This document shows positions 62,460-64,000 of a DNA stretch of 64,000 nucleotides, piece by piece; position 1 is the stretch's first letter, and each line of letters opens with the position of its first letter. This DNA is from Mobula hypostoma (Eukaryota), in the NCBI RefSeq assembly GCF_963921235.1, contig NC_086109.1:13022001-13086000 (forward strand), given 5' to 3'. Made by a program: the position numbers and the translations under genes. The notes under the pieces are model-generated. The model had not been told where the DNA came from. It did not search any database and saw only the letters and a program-made list of their open reading frames with translations.

Positions 62460-64000
62460 TATCCAGGTGCAGACTGTAATAGTGACCATAACCCAGTAGT
62501 ATGTCATGTAAAAGTAAAACTTTAAAAAATCTAAAGAACCAAATACCTGAACAATCCCTTGACTACTTGCAATTAGTTAAAGAAGAAAACTTAAGACAAA
62601 AATTTACAATTGAAGTAAGGAATAGATTTCAAACTCTAGAAATAGAATCTGTTGAAGATGATAGCAATCATGTAGAAATGAAATTTAACTCTCTAAGGGA
62701 TGCCTTGGTAGAATCAGCAAAGTCAGTGATCCCTAAAAAAAGAAAAAAGCACAAAGAATAAGTGGATGACAGATGATATCAAAAATCTAATGGAAGAAAG
62801 GCGACAGAAGAAAGCAAATCCAATAGAATATAAGTCCTTAGATAAAAAAGTTAAAAGCTTATGTCAAAAAGCCAAAGAAGAATGGTTAAACCAGGAATGT
62901 GAGCAAATAGAAAGAATCCCTATTACTGATCCAAAAAGGTTACATCAACAGAACCAGAATATCACTGGTAAAAAGCTCCTCTGTTCTTTAGGTGGATGTT
63001 TGAAAGCAAACGACGGTACCATTATCATGAAAAAAGATGAGATTATGAACAGATGGACTGAGTATATTCAGAAATTATTTGAAGACGATCCAGGTGAAAA
63101 ACCAGAAATTAAGAAAAACATTGAAGGTCCAAGTATTTTAAAATCTGAAGTTCATAATACAATAAATAAGATGAAGAAAGGAAAGGCAGCAGGTCCTGAT
63201 GAATTGGTAACAGAACAAATTATTGCCCTTGAAGATTATGGAATTGAAAAACTTACTGATTTAATCAATGACATTTATGAGACTGGAATAATACCAGAAG
63301 AGATGAAAAAATCAGTATTTATCACTCTTCCTAAGAAAGCTGGAGCAATAGAATGTGAATTACATTGGGCCATAAGTTTAATGAGTCATTTCACCAAGAT
63401 ACTTCTAAGAATTTTGATGACAAGAGCTAAAAGTAAGATACAAGCTGAAATAGGCAAAGAACAATGTGGTTTTGTGAAAGACAAAGGTACAAGAAATAAA
63501 ATATTGATGTTAAGGATACTATCAGAACGAGCTATTCAAGTGCAAAAAGATTTGTTTTATTGACTACACAAAAGCATTTGATAAAGTGAAGCACAGTAAG
63601 TTATTGTGCACAATAAGTTATTACAGAAAACTCTAGATCTAGATTTGAAAGGCCTCCGCCTAATCAGAAATCTGTACTGGGAACAAACTGCCGCTGGAAG
63701 AATAGCTGGAGAAGTGAGTCAGTTTACGAAAATCAAGAGAGGCGTTAGACAAGGGTGTGCTTTCTCCCCTGATTTATTTAATGTGTGCAGTGAAACAATA
63801 TTACAAAAAATAAGGGATATCTTGGGAATCAAAGTTGGCGGTGAAAACATCAATAATTTCAGATATGCAGATGACACTGTGTTAATTGCAAGTACAGAGG
63901 AAGAATGACAAAACTTAATTGATATAATTGTTAAAGAAAGTGCAAAAGTGGGTCTATCAATTGCAAAAAGAATGTATGGTGAACATAAAACAAGTACAGA
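62460..64000 (+). mobile_element. RTE-clade LINE (RT region) in GNAI intron 1, running off the window
   Basis: ORFs 62501-62761 (NRFQTL), 62766-63563 (KAAGPD, EQCGF) and 63606-63908 (GVRQGC, RYADDTVL); stops and frameshifts. Confidence 0.92.

Overview
This is repeat-dominated vertebrate DNA. The repeat set (CR1, Rex1/Babar, L1, RTE, hammerhead-carrying Penelope, HE1/V-like SINEs, Gypsy) suggests an elasmobranch, probably a ray; that assignment is inference. The only host coding sequence I can support is exon 1 of a G-protein alpha-i gene (61874-61991, +), in a CpG island with a ZNF143-type motif. The rest is nested mobile DNA, with many target-site duplications (TSDs) readable directly. Main observation: a decayed Gypsy element (7218-11714, -) has its RT/RNase H/integrase region replaced by an intronless, co-oriented fragment of an RBM25 mRNA (7787-8511), which points to LTR-retrotransposon-mediated gene capture. 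Also notable: a full-length Tf1/sushi-type chromovirus (30-5289) with an apparent 11-nt self-priming site and asymmetric LTRs, and many Penelope-type minimal hammerhead ribozymes, including a 138-bp ribozyme-only insertion and an 84-bp-arm foldback. All alignments and mismatch counts were made by eye, and homologies are from recalled sequences, not database searches.
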